64,000 bases of DNA from Podarcis pityusensis (lineage: Eukaryota): assembly GCA_964106645.2 (NCBI GenBank), contig OZ067046.1. The stretch is one strand, 5' to 3'. How positions within the stretch are numbered: the stretch's first letter is position 1; every line of letters starts with the position of its first letter. The translations under genes and the position numbers were made by a program. Positions 21,685 to 36,186 of this stretch are shown here, in pieces. Below the pieces are notes generated by a model that was not told where the DNA came from, searched no databases, and was given only the letters and a program-made list of their open reading frames with translations.

Positions 21685-24326
21685 ACACACATAACCAACT
21701 CAGCCCTTGGAACTAAAAGCTAAAAATCAGCCTAGGCTGGCCAGTAAAAATCACGCATGCCGCAGCTTGGAAGTGTCATGTGCACTGACCCATACTAGCA
21801 ACAGATCAGAATGTCAGCTACAATTGTCAGAGTCGTGTCTCTGAAATAATGGCACAAGCATCATGTTCTTTTGTGGATCTTTTGATGATGCCTGTACAAA
21901 ATATATGCTGGTGGAATGTGCTCCGTGAGAGAAAAGGGAGTGCAACATTATTTCGTGTATATGGTTGCTCTACAGCATTGACGTGTCTTCTTCTCCCCGG
22001 ATCACCTTTCCGGATGCAAAAAGTGTAGCTGTTCTGCTGTTCATGCTAGGATAGGCAGGCTACTGGTATTTTGACTATTCCTGCAGCTGAGGATGTGATG
22101 AGTGAGCTGTCACGTTTTGAGGAGGAGGGGATTTAAAGGAGTGGACTGGAGAGAGCAGGAAGCCCTTAAAGAATTAGCTCATGCTAAACCTTTCCTCGCA
22201 CGGAGCACTGTGCGTCTCCTTTAACACATTTTAGCTGTGCACTTTCCAGTTTAGAATTCAGCTGCATGGGAATGGCAAAGCAGGGGAGATTATTTGTTTT
22301 CAGGAGGATAACAGCCCACCTTCTACACAGATTAGGATTTGGATTTCAGTCCTGAAGCTACCGCTTGTCACCGATGATATTTTCATGAGTGTTTTCCTTC
22401 TGTGGGCAACATGAAGATGATGGTGGTGCATGATTTGTATCAGTAGAGATGCAGTGATTCAGGTGCCTTGGAAAAATGTGGTGGTTCAGTTTTGACCCAT
22501 CGTAGCCTCCACTTTGATGTCTTCTTCTGTCATAGGGTAATCATGACCTTTATAACCAAGATCATACTGCCCTTACATTTCTGAAAAGAGATATTAATTT
22601 CATCTATGTCCTGTCTTTTTCCTTACGCTGACAATAAAAGGGATATTGAAAACCTGGGCTATATGATATGGACATGTTGACTTCACTGCAGCGTCAACAC
22701 TGCCATTTCTGTGTGTGGCTCACTGATGTCAATGCTGCCTCTTTGCTTGTTAGTTCACCTTTCATTGGTCATACTGTAGGGTACATTTCTCAAGCTCCAC
22801 AAACTGAATGTATCTCCCTTTCCTGGGAATAGATATATTTCCAAACTACACAAAATAACTAACGATCTTATTTTGTCATGATCCACTCTATATTTTTCAG
22901 AAGGGATAATGTATTCTCTTTTTATTGCTTCTTCCTTTTATTGCCAACAGTTAGTAGGCCGCAAGAAGAGGGGAGCAAGTGACCACTTTCTTATCTCTAA
23001 CATTCAATTGAAGAACAAATAATTTTGGCCAACAACTCGTGGAGCAGACAATGGAAAATAATTGTGGGAATTAAAAACATATTGTTTACACAATTCAGGG
23101 CTGACCAGGCATGTTATGTAAGAAACTTATGAATTATGATTATATCTTGCAGTAATCATGAAGTGAAAATGTGAATATTATAAAAGCTGAGAAATACTGT
23201 ACTCAAGTCAAGCGCTGAGATGTATTGCATTTGGTTTTAGGTGGATTCCAGCAATATAACTGAAGAGCCTCAAGAGCAATAGTTTGATTTGATACGTAGC
23301 AATGATTAATTTTCTCTCAGTCTTTCCCTTTCTCTGATGTCATTTTCAATTTGACTTTCATTTTGCTTTTACAGGTCAATTGTTGACTTAGTCTTAGGCT
23401 TATATCAAATAGTGTCCATCTACCAAAAGGAGCAGACATTGAAACAGCTTCCCCCTTCCTGCCTATGTACCCAAATTTTCCTTGGGAGACTGAAGGAGCT
23501 TGACACTATCTCACAAAGACCCTGCTCCACTGAACTGAAATTTCAGCCTTCACGACATAGGAAAACGGCCAAGTAAACAGCTATTTTTGTGGAGGAGGGT
23601 CAAGATATTAACTGATATGCATGAAATTTCATATATAGCTATATAATCCCTAGTGCAGTAAGATAAGACCATTGGAGCAGGCATTAAAAAAAAGTTTTTT
23701 TAAATGAACCGCCCTAGTAGGGCAGTAATTGTTCCTTGATAATTTGTCACCCCCTCTGTGATGGCACCAGGGGCGGACCCCCCCCTGCCCCTGCCTCCTA
23801 TGCCCCTGCCCCCCCAACTCACAACTATAGTCACTTTTTAAATAGCTGAACAGGCCACTGAGCTAGCAAGATAAGCACAGCCTTGCATGTATTGTCAATG
23901 TCAGGACCTGGGACCCACTATTGGGACCCATGTCTGGGGTGCTTTCCTCAGCAGTTGTAGTGCTTTTGCAAGTTATAGGATTTCTGGCCATCAGGTTACC
24001 TTCTCTAGGCCTTGATTTCACACATTAGGAGCAGCCATTTGCCCTCCTCCAGTTTCCCCTTCCTATGTGTTTATTGAAGTCACCCTTCACAAAATGGATG
24101 CATTGACACTGTTGCGAAAATTATTCCTAAATGTGGAATTTTTTGCTGCTCTTGGCCTCTAGGTCTTGACCTCCACTCCCAATTGGTGTATAATTGTCTT
24201 CTCCCTAGCATTAGGCTGGAGCTACATGCAAATGTCCCCTCCCCATAGTGTGGAGAATGGTTGATAAAAACCTCCATAAAGGAAGGATCTTCAACTGATC
24301 TCTGCTAATTCACATCAGCTGTGCAT

Positions 24327-24330
<4 letters not shown>

Positions 24331-24367
<37 letters not shown>
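24331..24367. repeat. (TC)n microsatellite
   Basis: Perfect TC run. Confidence 0.95.
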
Positions 24368-24371
<4 letters not shown>

Positions 24372-25052
24372 TTAAGGAAAGAATTATGCTGGGGCAGGAA
24401 CTGCAAGGTCAGCTACCACAGCTATCTGCAAAGACGCCAGAAAATTGTCATGTGCTGCCAAAAATGTTTTCTACCTCAGTATGCTGTAAATCTGACACAG
24501 GAAGGTTGCATGCACTTTTGCAGACAGGGGATAGTCATTTATTTCCCCATTTAACATGCTTTATTGAGTTTAGAATCAAATAAAGAGGCTATATTGCAAG
24601 AAAAGCGTGCTTCAGAGTTAAATGAGTTCTGTCAGTTTATGAAGTCTGAGGACCTTCCTCACTATGAATTGGTCTGTTTTCTTGGTCTATCATTCAAATG
24701 GGCAACAGTATCTGGAAGGAGGGAAACACTCTTTTGGGCATTTTGTTTTTCTTAAGTAGAGATCTATCTTCCACGGATTCCACCAAGAATGATAAAATTT
24801 GGAGCAGTGCTACACTGCTATATAGGAGGGTGAAAAGATGGATTCCCTTTAGAATTATTATTTAATAAGTGCCCTAGTAATAAGACAGCAAAAGCATAGA
24901 TAGCTGTGGTATGGTGTTGATCCATAGAATTTTAGTAATGTAGATATCTGGAGCAAGCCTTCCTCATCATCTTACTACTTACTACATCTTACTACTTTGG
25001 ATATGGAGCATTCACTTGCCACTCAGAATTAGCAGAGGGCTACTTCAGCTGT

Positions 25053-25364
25053 GGGACCCGGGTGGTGGGCTTGCCGATCGGAAGGTCAGCGGTTCGAATC
25101 CCTGCGATGGGGTGAGCTCCCGTTGCTCGGTCCCTGCTCCTGCCAGCCTAGCAGTTTGAAAGCACGTCAAAGTGCAAGTAGATAAATAGGGAAGGTAAAC
25201 GGCGTCTCCGTGCGCTGCTCTGGTTCACCAGAAGCAGCTTAGTCATGCTGGCCACATGACCCAGAAGCTGTACGCCAGCTTCCTCGGCCAATAAAGCGAG
25301 ATAAGCACTGCAACCCCAGAGTCGTCCGTGACTGGACCTAGTGGTCAGGGTCCCTTTACCTTTA
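25053..25364 (+). mobile_element. Sauria SINE (deletion in head)
   Basis: GGGAC start, B-box GGTTCGAATCC, (ACCTTT) tail, 12-bp TSD TACTTCAGCTGT (25041-25052, 25365-25376). Homologous to 55803-56158. Confidence 0.93.
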
Positions 25365-26514
25365 TACTTCAGCTGTGACTTTCTTACAATATGGATTTTT
25401 AATACCTTTTTCAGAAATAAGGGAGTGACCATACAGACATTGCATTTACCCCTGGCACATACATTAGGGGAAGCTGATATCTTTCTCAATTAATATAAAT
25501 CAGGATCCATTCACACATTCTGCTGTGAACTACTGTCTGCACCTGGACAGAGGCCCCCATTAAAGCCCCTGTTTTGTTCATTTGCGGAAGTGGTGAGGTT
25601 TTGCCTAAAAGAAGGTGTGGGGTTTTTTTTAAGATGGTGTGACTGTGTGTGGTAAAAGGCATTCTTTACAATTTCTCAGTTCCCTGAAAGAATTGCATCA
25701 ATAAGCAAAGGGTTTATTCATAAAAATCAGAGCATGTAGTCAATTGCAAAAGCTCTTCCACCCCCATTCCCCCTTCTGTGGTTCAGCACGGTTAGAAAGG
25801 AAACATAAAAGGACCAGGTCTACAGAGAATTTCTACGTGGTAGGTTGATAATTCACAGATGATGTGGAGTTTTATGGATTAAGATGCAATTAACCCCAAC
25901 AGCTGGATTTGCCTTACAGTTGAGTGCTTGGAGGTATAATCCACAAGTGTAAATAAGAAGTTTGGAAATTCAGATTTCCACTAGGCAATGCAGAGATCAC
26001 GTTCGTAGTTTGTAGCTGGAAGCCAATTCATTTGGGTGCCTTCAAACCTAGCAGTTGTGACAATCATAGGTGCTTAATCTATAGGGATGGGATGAAAGAA
26101 GTTAACACCAATAAATTCACCTGCATTCATGGCACATTGCTATACCTGACATGGCCATTTAGTGTATTGTATTATTTCAGCATTCCTCTCCCTTTCCCCG
26201 TAACCTTCCACCAAGGTGCTCATTAGCTTAGAGAGCAAAAGCAATACATTATTATTTCAAATATTCTTGCCAACTTTTGTATATTATTGCAACAGTAAAC
26301 AGCACTGTATTGAAACAGTTGATTTTTCATAGGTCACTACTTATAACAAACATGCAAGGAACATCCCCTCCTCCCCGCTCCCACTGAATACATTTCCAAT
26401 AACACATCATCGGGGAAGCAAATTTTGAAACAAATATAAGAATGCTTAATATTAGAAGTGTAATATTACAAGTATCTGGGCAATGCAACCTATATTTTTT
26501 TCCACGGTCACTAG

Positions 26515-26980
26515 GAAAGTTCTTCTGAATATCAGTTGCTGGAAACCACAGGAGGGAAGAGACCTCTTCTGCTTGAATCCTGCTTGCTGGTTTTCCACAG
26601 TTCAGCCACTGTGAGAACAGGATGCTGGACTTGATGGGCCATTGGCTTGGTCCAGCGGACTCTTCTTGTATTATTCGGAGTACCAGCAACTTATATGAAA
26701 GTCTATTAAGAACAATAGAACCAAAATGATTGATGATGTTATTGTATTATTTGTTTATTTATTGCAATTGTCTCCTGCCTTTCCTCCGTGGAGCTCAGTG
26801 TGGTGTACTTTGTTCTTCCTCTTCCCATTTTATCTTCACAACAACCCTGTGAGGGAGGTTAGGCTGAGTTACAGTGATTGGCCAAAGGTCTTCCAGTGAG
26901 CTTCATGGCTGAGCAGGCATTTGAACCATTGCCTCTTGGGTCTTCGTCCAACGCTCTAGTCACTATATCACTCTGGCTCT
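26515..26980 (-). mobile_element. Two old adjacent SINE fragments (tRNA/CORE-type)
   Basis: aacaggatgctggacttgatgggcc motif, also seen near 34860. cacaacaaccctgtgagggaggttaggctg...tttgaacc motif, also seen at 35140-35355. Boundaries approximate. Confidence 0.55.
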
Positions 26981-29663
26981 ACATAACAGAACACCATAAG
27001 TGTGCCTGTCGCTTTACATGAGCTAAAATTCCACATGGGGAAACAGAGAGGAAAGTGGGGGTGGGCAGGAGGGGAGGTAAATGAAGGAAGGGGTGAATAG
27101 GCTTAGATATAACAGGGCATGGGGAAAATACATGACTTGTTTATCTCAGGTGCATTTAATGTGTACTGAAAAATACACAGGGCACGTTCACCCAAAGCTC
27201 TGTAAATGAATAAGCAAGAACATCCACCAAATCTGCCTGAACAGAAAGCAAGCGAACAAGAAGGCAAAATCCCCTACTACTTGATTTCCTTTTTCTCCCC
27301 AACGAACTGTGCAAAAACCACAAAGAAATACAAAGTTTCTTATTGTAGAAAAGCTGTTTCTAGCATCTACTAAAAAAAAGAAGAAGTCTAATTTCATTCT
27401 AAGCATATGGTTGGCTATTCCAGGGGGTAAACTTCCTAAAAATTACTTCCAGAAGAGACACTCACATAACAAAATCACATCGTACAGATGATGAAACCTT
27501 GGCAGAAAGACATTTCAGCACTGCTGCCAGAGAGAGGAGTTTCCAACCATGTAGGCAAATTCACTTCCTCAGTGATGATTGATACTACCATTATGCCTTC
27601 TTCTTGGTAACTTTTCAGTATCTGTTATGTTCCATCAGCCTAACCATTCTCACTGCTTATCTTTTTAGCTAAAGAGCAGAGTGAAGATGCTTTCGTTTAA
27701 ACCAGTCAATAGATTGTTTACAGTGGCTGTGCCTTCTGCTTTCTTAGGCTAATGTCTGGGCCAGTCGGGCAGCGGCTTGAGATTCTTGAGCATGCCAGCT
27801 CCCCCGCCTGTCATGTGCAGCCACTGCCACACGCAGAACTGAGCTTTTTGCACATAACTGCTACTGTCATTTCTCTAAGTATTTGCAGATGCAGGCAAAA
27901 CCTTGATTCTGCACGGGGCAGCAGTCACACATGGCTGGATAGCAATGGGCAGGGAGTCAACCTGCAGAGCAATTTCAAAGCGTTACCACGTACCTAGTGG
28001 ACATGTGAGAAGATCCAAGGTTTTAATCGGATATGACTGGTAACAATTAGATGTGCTCTGTAGATGTGAGGGAGCTGTGCAGTGTTGTCCTTTGTACAGT
28101 ACCATCAATGTGCACGGCGCTTTACAATGCTGGTGGGCAAATTGAAGGCTGCATTCCTTCAGGGGAAATGTTTGGGTGTCTCCTACCAGTGATGGGTAGG
28201 GCCAGCGCTGGCGGTGATTAGGAGCAAAGCCAAAAGATGGGGATAAAGCTATATAGAAACCTCTTACACCTCATCCCACGTCATTCATTTTCTCTCTCCC
28301 TCTCCCTCCCTCCCTTCTCTCACCCATCAGAAGAGGATAGGTCCCTACCATGAGAGACCTGTAATATAAAATATGATTTAACAAGCATAATCTTTTTGTT
28401 TGAGCCATTCATGTTTTATTCATCTGATCACTGTACTTGCCAATTATTCCTAGCTCTCAAACAGCATTCAGTGGCATTTTCTTTCTTTTCTTTTCTTTTT
28501 CTGGAAGCTACTAAATGATGCTATACAATTCTATATGCCCTTCATGTGGAAGTCATAGCCGGATAATCTGTTCCAGTGCAATATTATCACCCATTCTCCT
28601 GCTGTAACATTATATAAATCTCAGTGCAAAACCTTGTAATTCCCCAAGCTCATCATACAGGGAGCCTAATATGAAGTGTTTGATCAGATGCACATGGGGG
28701 CATTCACATGTCCCAAATGCCCACACATAATCTTGGTCTCGTGAAGCAATGGAGACAGCTTTCAAAGCTGATGTTCATGTGTTCCAGCATTATTTTAGAA
28801 GGCTGGAGACCAGAAAGATCAGCTCAATTGTGGGATCATTAGCACCAAGGAATGCCTTGGAGACCTGTGACATCACAGGTATTCCTTCTCCGCATGTGAC
28901 CATTTCTGTTCTGTGTTGCAAATGTCCTCTTTCATAAGGTGAGTCAAGTGAAGGTCTTAGCCTGCAAAATACAAGTGAAGGCCTTTGTCTATGAAAGATA
29001 CAATGTATTGCAGTCTACACCCTCTCACAAACAAAAGCAGGCTACAGATAACTCTTTATCTTCGCCTTCGTGTTTCCACAAACCAGAACCTAGAAGCAAT
29101 TTCAGTAAAAGCTAAGTTCTTGTATCAAAGAACAGAAATATTGCTGAGACACAGTGCCAAGAGTCTGGTAACTCTGTACAAAGGACCTCCATCCCAACAA
29201 ACACTAACCACCCTGGCCACATTAAAGTAGGGAGGAAGCAACAGAAAATGAATAAGAATTTTAGAGGGAGGGACTAGGCCAGGTAAACATACTTCCTCTC
29301 TGCAATCAGGACCAATTCTAGTTTACGCTTGAAAACATTCCCTAAAAAATAAACATAACTGCTAGAGCTGTTGCAAGCAGGCGCATAAATGCGACCGGAT
29401 TATTATCTTAGATGTCATATTTATACCCTGCTTTTCTATTGAAATAACACTCAAAGCAGCTTACAGTACAAAGCAACAGAAATGTAATATAATAAAAGAA
29501 AATATTAACAACGACAACAATTATATTATTCATACACCTCCCATCTGGGTGGTTTTCCCTGGTTTGAAACTACATTTTCAATATAATATCAATAAATTTA
29601 ATGTGGGTCTATCATCTTTTTTGGTATTATGTTATGCATTTTGTGTATGTTTGTGTGTGTTTA

Positions 29664-30109
29664 TGTCAGCAGAACAAGATAAGGCTCCTTTTTAGCATGA
29701 GGGTAGCATTATGGAATTATTCTACGGCTTGGGTTGTGATTGAACTGTAGTTTTCTTACAGTCTTTTGTATAGAATTCCAACATGTTGAGATTGACTGTA
29801 ACATTCCAGCAAGTGGCAGGCAGGGAAGCCTACAGTGATATCTCCCCCCATCACCACTAATCTCATCAAACTAGGTGAAGTAAGTGGGGAAGAAATTGCA
29901 GGCAGGCTACAGTGGTGTGTGGGTGGAGGCTAGAGGAATTGTATCAGACACCATTGTGCCTCTGGATATAATTGCAAGTATGTCCAGGTCTGAATTGGGG
30001 TTAGAATTAACCGGGCAATTTTCAGATGTAAAATAATAACCATAACTTGGTTTGTTGAGCCCAGTTTTAAATTAGCATTGGGGATGAGGTTGCTCAATGT
30101 TAGCTGACA
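29664..30109 (+). mobile_element. Possible old solo LTR
   Basis: Perfect 7-bp inverted ends TGTCAGC...GCTGACA, 446 bp long, TATAA at ~29967 and an A-rich polyA-like signal at ~30030. No matching TSD. Confidence 0.3.
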
Positions 30110-30299
30110 CACCAAAATACTTGGTGGGCAGGCAAGAGAACTGACAGGAACTGAGGAGAGTCTGGTTTGGATCAAATGTTCCTGGGATTACGATTTTAAA
30201 AAATGATGAAAATTTAAATGGGAAGAGCATAGAACTCGGCAATAAGAATGCAAAGACATAGAATAGCAATTCAGAGAGGCTGAATTATTACAGGCCAAA

Positions 30300-30440
30300 A
30301 ATAAAGAGCCAAAGACACTGTATGTAAATGTTTATATGCTAATGATGGAAGCCTCTAAGCTAAGATGGACAAACTGGAGTTCTTGGTGTTAAGAGGACAA
30401 AACTGATATAATGAACATAACTGAAATCTAGTGGGATGCA
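30300..30440 (+). mobile_element. CR1 LINE endonuclease fragment (decayed)
   Basis: Reads approximately LYAN-GSL-AKMDKLE-LV...DI--ITE--WD, the N-terminal AP-endonuclease signature of CR1 ORF2, with stops. Confidence 0.6.
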
Positions 30441-30879
30441 CTTTTCCCTTTTGCTCCAACTAGTCAGTATAACTACATATGACTAGAGCTTGATTGGGGT
30501 GAAATTTTATTGAGCGGTGCTTGTAGGCAATGAAGCTGCCAGTACAGAGAAACATGGGAGCATTGCTGTAATTGGGACAATGAAGGACTTAATTTTCCCT
30601 CAGTGACATGAATACAGATCCGAATCTGATTGGCTATGTGATGCCAGGACATCATTGTATTTATTACGTGATTGCTGATTGGCTTGGATCACATAGTGGA
30701 GAAATGTTCAAAGTAAAAAGAATGGCACCAAAGCAGCCGTAACAGCACTGCAAGAAAACCATCGCTGCAACAGGTGCAAAAAAGTGGGAAGCAGTTTTAT
30801 GTCTTCATCACTTTTTGAGTTCAACATGCCAACTTGTGTATCAAAAACCCAACCTAATAAAATTGTCACAACACAAACT

Positions 30880-31200
30880 GTTGTTATTATTGTTGTTGAC
30901 ATTCATCTGTCTCAAGAGACAATGTAGTGTGCCTCTAGGGGTGAAGTCAAACCGCTGGTTAGCAGCACAGAAGTGACCTCTCTAGGGCGCAAGTCTGGCA
31001 GTGTGTATGGAGGTCCTGGGCTGCTCAGATGACAAGACCCCCCTCTTGGCCTCGCAGAGCAATACATTTGGCATGAGCTTGGCTGTAGGAGTTGTCAGAA
31101 AAAGGCGTAAAAGGTGCCATCCAACCAACTTAGGGACTCCACTCTGGATTTCTGTAGGATTTACGCCTTAGCCCCTTCTCCTAAAGATTTCCCTCAAGAC
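30880..31200 (-). mobile_element. Non-autonomous RTE-related retroposon, second copy
   Basis: Reverse complement ends ...agaggcacactacattgtctcttgagacagatgaatgtcaacaaca; matches 10465-10918. Confidence 0.7.
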
Positions 31201-34200
31201 AGGGAAAGTTTAGGATTTAGAACTTTTACTTAAATGAGCAATTGCTTTAATTGGAATGGTGATATGAAGGAAGGGGGTTGTGTGTGCATAAATATTTACA
31301 AAGTGAGTATCGTACATTTAAATCCATTGGCACAAAAATGGTCTATGAATGATGTTTTTCACATATAACATAAGAAGATAGAAACAGAAATAATTTCCAT
31401 TACCTAAGTCACCCTGTCAAAAACATGTTTTGGCTACCTCTGTAGGAAAACATAGCAAAGTATATGAATTGTCTTGCTGGATAAGAACCAAACATCCATT
31501 TATTATTTTATAGTCGTCTCCTAAGGCTTCCTCCATAGAGATGTTGTGTTGTGTCCCTTACCGTTCATTTTAGTTGCTCTTTTATGTGTTTATTTTTGCT
31601 ATATTGTATATTTTAGAATTGCAATAATTACCAAATCCCCAACAGATAATCCATTTATTTCAATAACATAGAAATGTGACCAGTATTCTGAATGTGGTTA
31701 TATTGTACAAACTGTACACTTATGATACTTTATTATCCTTACTGCTCTATTTGCAAGAGTGAAGATTAATGGCAAATAATGCATGTTTAATTTAAACAAT
31801 CTCTTTCTTACCTTATGGTGGTAGTCACAAGGGCAGCAACTAGCAACCAAGCACCTGTTCTAAAGAACTGTACAATGCTGACACTAAATACATTTTGTGC
31901 CTGTTCTTTGCTATTATTTACTGTGCATATGTTTCACTGCATAAGTAAATGAGCCCTGTGTTACTGCTTAGTATATCTATTTAAACAACAAGAGTCAAAA
32001 GTAATTTTTTCTTACTTTATACGGGTGACTAAGCTGCAGTCAGAGTAGACCCACTGGAATTAATGGATGGGTTATTTAAGTCTTCTGATTCTGGTAAGTC
32101 TACTCTGAGTATGACTCATACTGGATATCACCCTGTATTTTTCTAAATTTTGTTCCAAATGACAGAATGTCCAAATTCATGTTTGAGTCTCCAAGCAAAT
32201 GCATGGCAGATATTAAACTGCTAAAATGCCTCATGCCTTTATATGTGCATATGAACAATGAATGCCATACAAAAAGATAATGAGGTTTTTGATAAGAAAA
32301 GCAAAAACAACTGAATGTTATTTTGATTGCAAACTTTTATCTTCATTTAGTCTATCTGCACTTAAGGTTTTACAAAGTGATTTCATCAGGTGGGATAAAG
32401 AAATTCTATAAAATATATTAAAAACCAGATGGATAATCTAATAGGTTAACTGAAATAGCTGCAATTTGCAGGCTGTGACGCTACTGAAATAGTAAATGAC
32501 TCTGTACTCATGTGACCCTGTTGTTTCTGCCATTAATATTACAGGCAAAACAACCCTGGTAAGGAGGAGGAGGAAATTCAGTGATGGAAAAACTGCCACT
32601 TCCTGTTAACTTGTGCCGCCCAGGTGAGAATGTAAGGGAAAGCAGCAGCTGCTCCTTTTTCGGATTTTCTTCATTGTTGTTTTTCAAAATTCCTTGCCCT
32701 TTAACCTCAATGGAAATAAAACAAATTATGCCAGTTCCAGAAGTTTTGCAGCCAGTTTGAGGTGTGTCTGTCTGTCAGAGGACCATGTAGATCTGTAGAC
32801 CTTTGGTCCCCTGACAGGCAGGCAGATCATGTAGATCTGTAGACATGCCCTTGGAACTTTCCATTTTGGCCTCTAATGGGGCAGGATTTCTATCTGAGGA
32901 ACAGTGATGGCAGGTCTTCCTCCCTGTGGACAGAGTGGGAGGTCTGTAAGTGGAAAAGGTGGTCCATCAGAGGTGACCTGGTGTGGCAGTGGCAAGCTCT
33001 GCCACCACCACCATTCTGTGGGCGGAAACATTGCCACTATTGGAGGCCAAAACAGAGAATTCAAGGGTTGTGTCAAGACATGTCACAGGTCTGCAGGATC
33101 TTAAGCTTCCCTGTTTCCCTGACATGTTCCCAAACTGCTTCCAAAACTAAGTGGTGGTTCCTCTGCCAAAGAATCTCTGCCACCATTCAGGATTGCTGTC
33201 CATCATTTTAAAAAGAAAATATCCTGCTTTCCTGTCTGTTTAGAAAAGAGATGGCTAGATCTGCCGCAAACAAATGTGTCAATCGATGCAGTTATTGCGC
33301 ACAAAAGCTAGCACCTGAAAGACCACGGAATTGACATTAACTGATGCTTCATCTATATCACTCCTCAGCCTGTAAGTTTTGCAAAGAATCTGCTGTTCTT
33401 TTCTCCATTGCCTGGGAAAGGAACAATATATTGTGCTAGGGCTGGTCCAAGACGTTTTGCTGTCAGAGATGGAGTAGCAGCCGGTGTCCACACTCCAAGT
33501 CATGGTGCATATTCCCAAGGCCAGACAAGCTACTTTGGCACCTGGGACATAAAATCCCACTTGTGTCTCTTCCCCCGCCCTGGCAGTAAAGCTACATCAA
33601 TAACAGATTAAATAACTAACGGTTTGCTGCCATTTCATCACATCCAAAATGTGACATCCTGAGGCTGCCTCCCCATTCTGCCTAATGCTAGGACAGACCC
33701 TGATCATCATGAGCTATTCTGGTATCTCAGGCACATCTTTTTGGATGGTTTTATGGATGTGCAACTGCATTTAGGGACTATGGATAAAGAGGCACAATTT
33801 AGTCTTTAAAAAACTACCCTGGTGAGCACAACTTGTTCAATGAAATGCTAATGTAACATTTATAAATGACACTATAATGTAACTCCATGAATATACATGC
33901 ATGTATTTGTAGACAAGTTGCTTGCAGGTAGAGGCACCTGCCTATGACTGTTCACTCCTTTGTAAGGTTGTTAGGGAACCTAAGCCATGTTCATTCTAGG
34001 ACATGTGCAGCATGCACAAATCCTGTCCAGTATGGTTCCCTTTTTCAAAAGTAGAGATGGGATCCCAGTCAGGCTGTGCAGTTTAAGAGCTGTGCAGTTT
34101 CATTCTGTTTGCGGTCTACAAAACTGTTCCCTCACTCTTCTTGCATGCTAATTAATTTTTATTTTTGCTTTAGATGTTGAAAATTAGCATTAAAATGTTA

Positions 34201-35931
34201 TAAATAATACAGTCTGTTAGAAAGCTCGGCTTTTCTGGTATTTTATCCTCTCATTTCCTATTAATATTACATTAACCTGTCAGGGACCCCCCCCTTCATT
34301 TTAGGCTTCCCACAACAAATATGGTGTCTGATGATGACTTCTCAGATGCTGTAGACTAGCTGTATACAGCTACAGTCCATAAGGCAAATCTATCCAGCTG
34401 CAATGTTCAACACTCATATTAAAACAAATTGCAAAATATTAGGTGCAAAAGATTGTCAACATATCTGACTCACTGGTGGCTCCCAAATCTCTTTTAGAAT
34501 GAATATAACAGATGAATTTTCTTATCCATTCATTCATTTTCAGAATCATAATCCACTTCCCAGAGAAAAACTACTGAGGCAGTGTACAATAAGATAAGAA
34601 CAAAAGTTTACAAACTCAGCAAATTAAAAGCAATAATAATACTTCTACAATTCTATAACTAATGTTCCATAAAATGATTGGGATCCACATCTTAAATAAA
34701 AAAATATCTTCAGTAGCCTTCACCATGCTTTTCTCTGCCTCCCAAGATCACAGGCAGCATACTTTTGAATACTAGCTGCTGGGAATCGTGGGTTGGGATA
34801 GTGCTGTTGCAACCAGGTTTGGCTTGCATGCTTCTCATGGGCAGCCATTTGGCCGGTGCAGGAACAAGATGCTGGACTAGATCAGCCTATGGCTCTTATC
34901 TCCTTACTGGCCACCCAATATTAAGATGGTAGGCTTTTGTCTAATTTCAGTTGGTAACTGATTCCAGAGGACTAGAGCCGCAACACTAAAAGCCCCGATG
35001 TCTAGTAAATATAAGAACACCCAGTCTGTTCAGTGCTACCCAGTTATGTGTGTATCTGGAAAGTATGTCTGTGTAGATGCTGCTAAACCTATTTAGTTAA
35101 TTTCTACACAAGCATGAAATATACAATGCATTTGAGCTATTATTTATTTATTTATTACATCTATATTCTACCTTGCCTTCGAGGAGCTCAATGCATGACT
35201 TCTCCACTCTTTCCCTATTTTATACTGCCAACAACTTGTGAGGGTTAGGCTTAGAGGCAGTGACTGGGCCAGGGTCACTCAGGAAGTATTATGGCTGGTG
35301 GGGGATTTGAAACCTAGTCTCCCAGATCCTATTTTGACACTCTTAATCGCTGCAGTACAGTGATCCCAAATAAGACAATTGGTTATCACGATCCTAAAAT
35401 GATGAACCAGTTGTAGACTATCATCCTATCTTTAGCACAAACCAGCACAGCATCACTGGTCATGACCTAGCTGCTTTAATACTCCATTCTCCTTATTTCT
35501 TAGCATGGTACGTTGCATAGCATCAGGCTCGGGCAGAACCATACACCATACATTTAAAGCACATTCAACACATATGGCTTCCCTCAAAGAATCCTGGACA
35601 CTGCAGTTGGTTAAAGAGGCTGGGAACTCTGCCTACAATTCCCCAGGGGAAGCCATGCACTTTAAATGCATGTTGAATGTGTTTTCTTTGTATGGTGGGA
35701 GTCTGCTGGCTGCGCCTGGAGTCATTTGCATTCTGTTAAGCAGCCAGAGGGCACCACTACAAGATTGTTGTGTGGAGGGCAACACAGGAGAGGCAGTGGG
35801 TGTGGGTGTGAGGATACACACCAAATAAGTTGCCTAAGGGCCCTGGAAGAAAGATTTTGTAACATTTATGGATTGTAAAATGTTTCAAACTGATGTACAA
35901 AAAGAGTAACAACAATTGAAACATTCACAGT

Positions 35932-36186
35932 CATGGGTGTAGCCAGGATTTTTGTTAGGGAGCCTCCAAAATGTTGTTGAGCTAATTTTGGGGAGATCAC
36001 GGGTAACACCCCCCCCCCACACAGAGCACATTATGGGGGGGCAGGCTTTTGTTTCTTGGGAGGGCAGGCTTCTGCTGGGGGGCGGAACAGAACCTCAGTT
36101 AATTGAGTATTTTTTAATGCTTTTCAATACTTTTAGAGGATTTAGGGGGGCAACTGCTCCTTACCCCCCCCCCGTCTACGCCCACG
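35932..36186. mobile_element. hAT-like MITE immediately upstream of the promoter
   Basis: TIR CATGGGTGTAG / CTACGCCCACG. 8-bp TSD TTCACAGT / TTCACAGG (one mismatch). Confidence 0.8.

Noticed and set aside
25781-25800. REST/NRSE site (TTCAGCAC...)
   Set aside because: Only the left half-site matches; the GGACAG half is absent.
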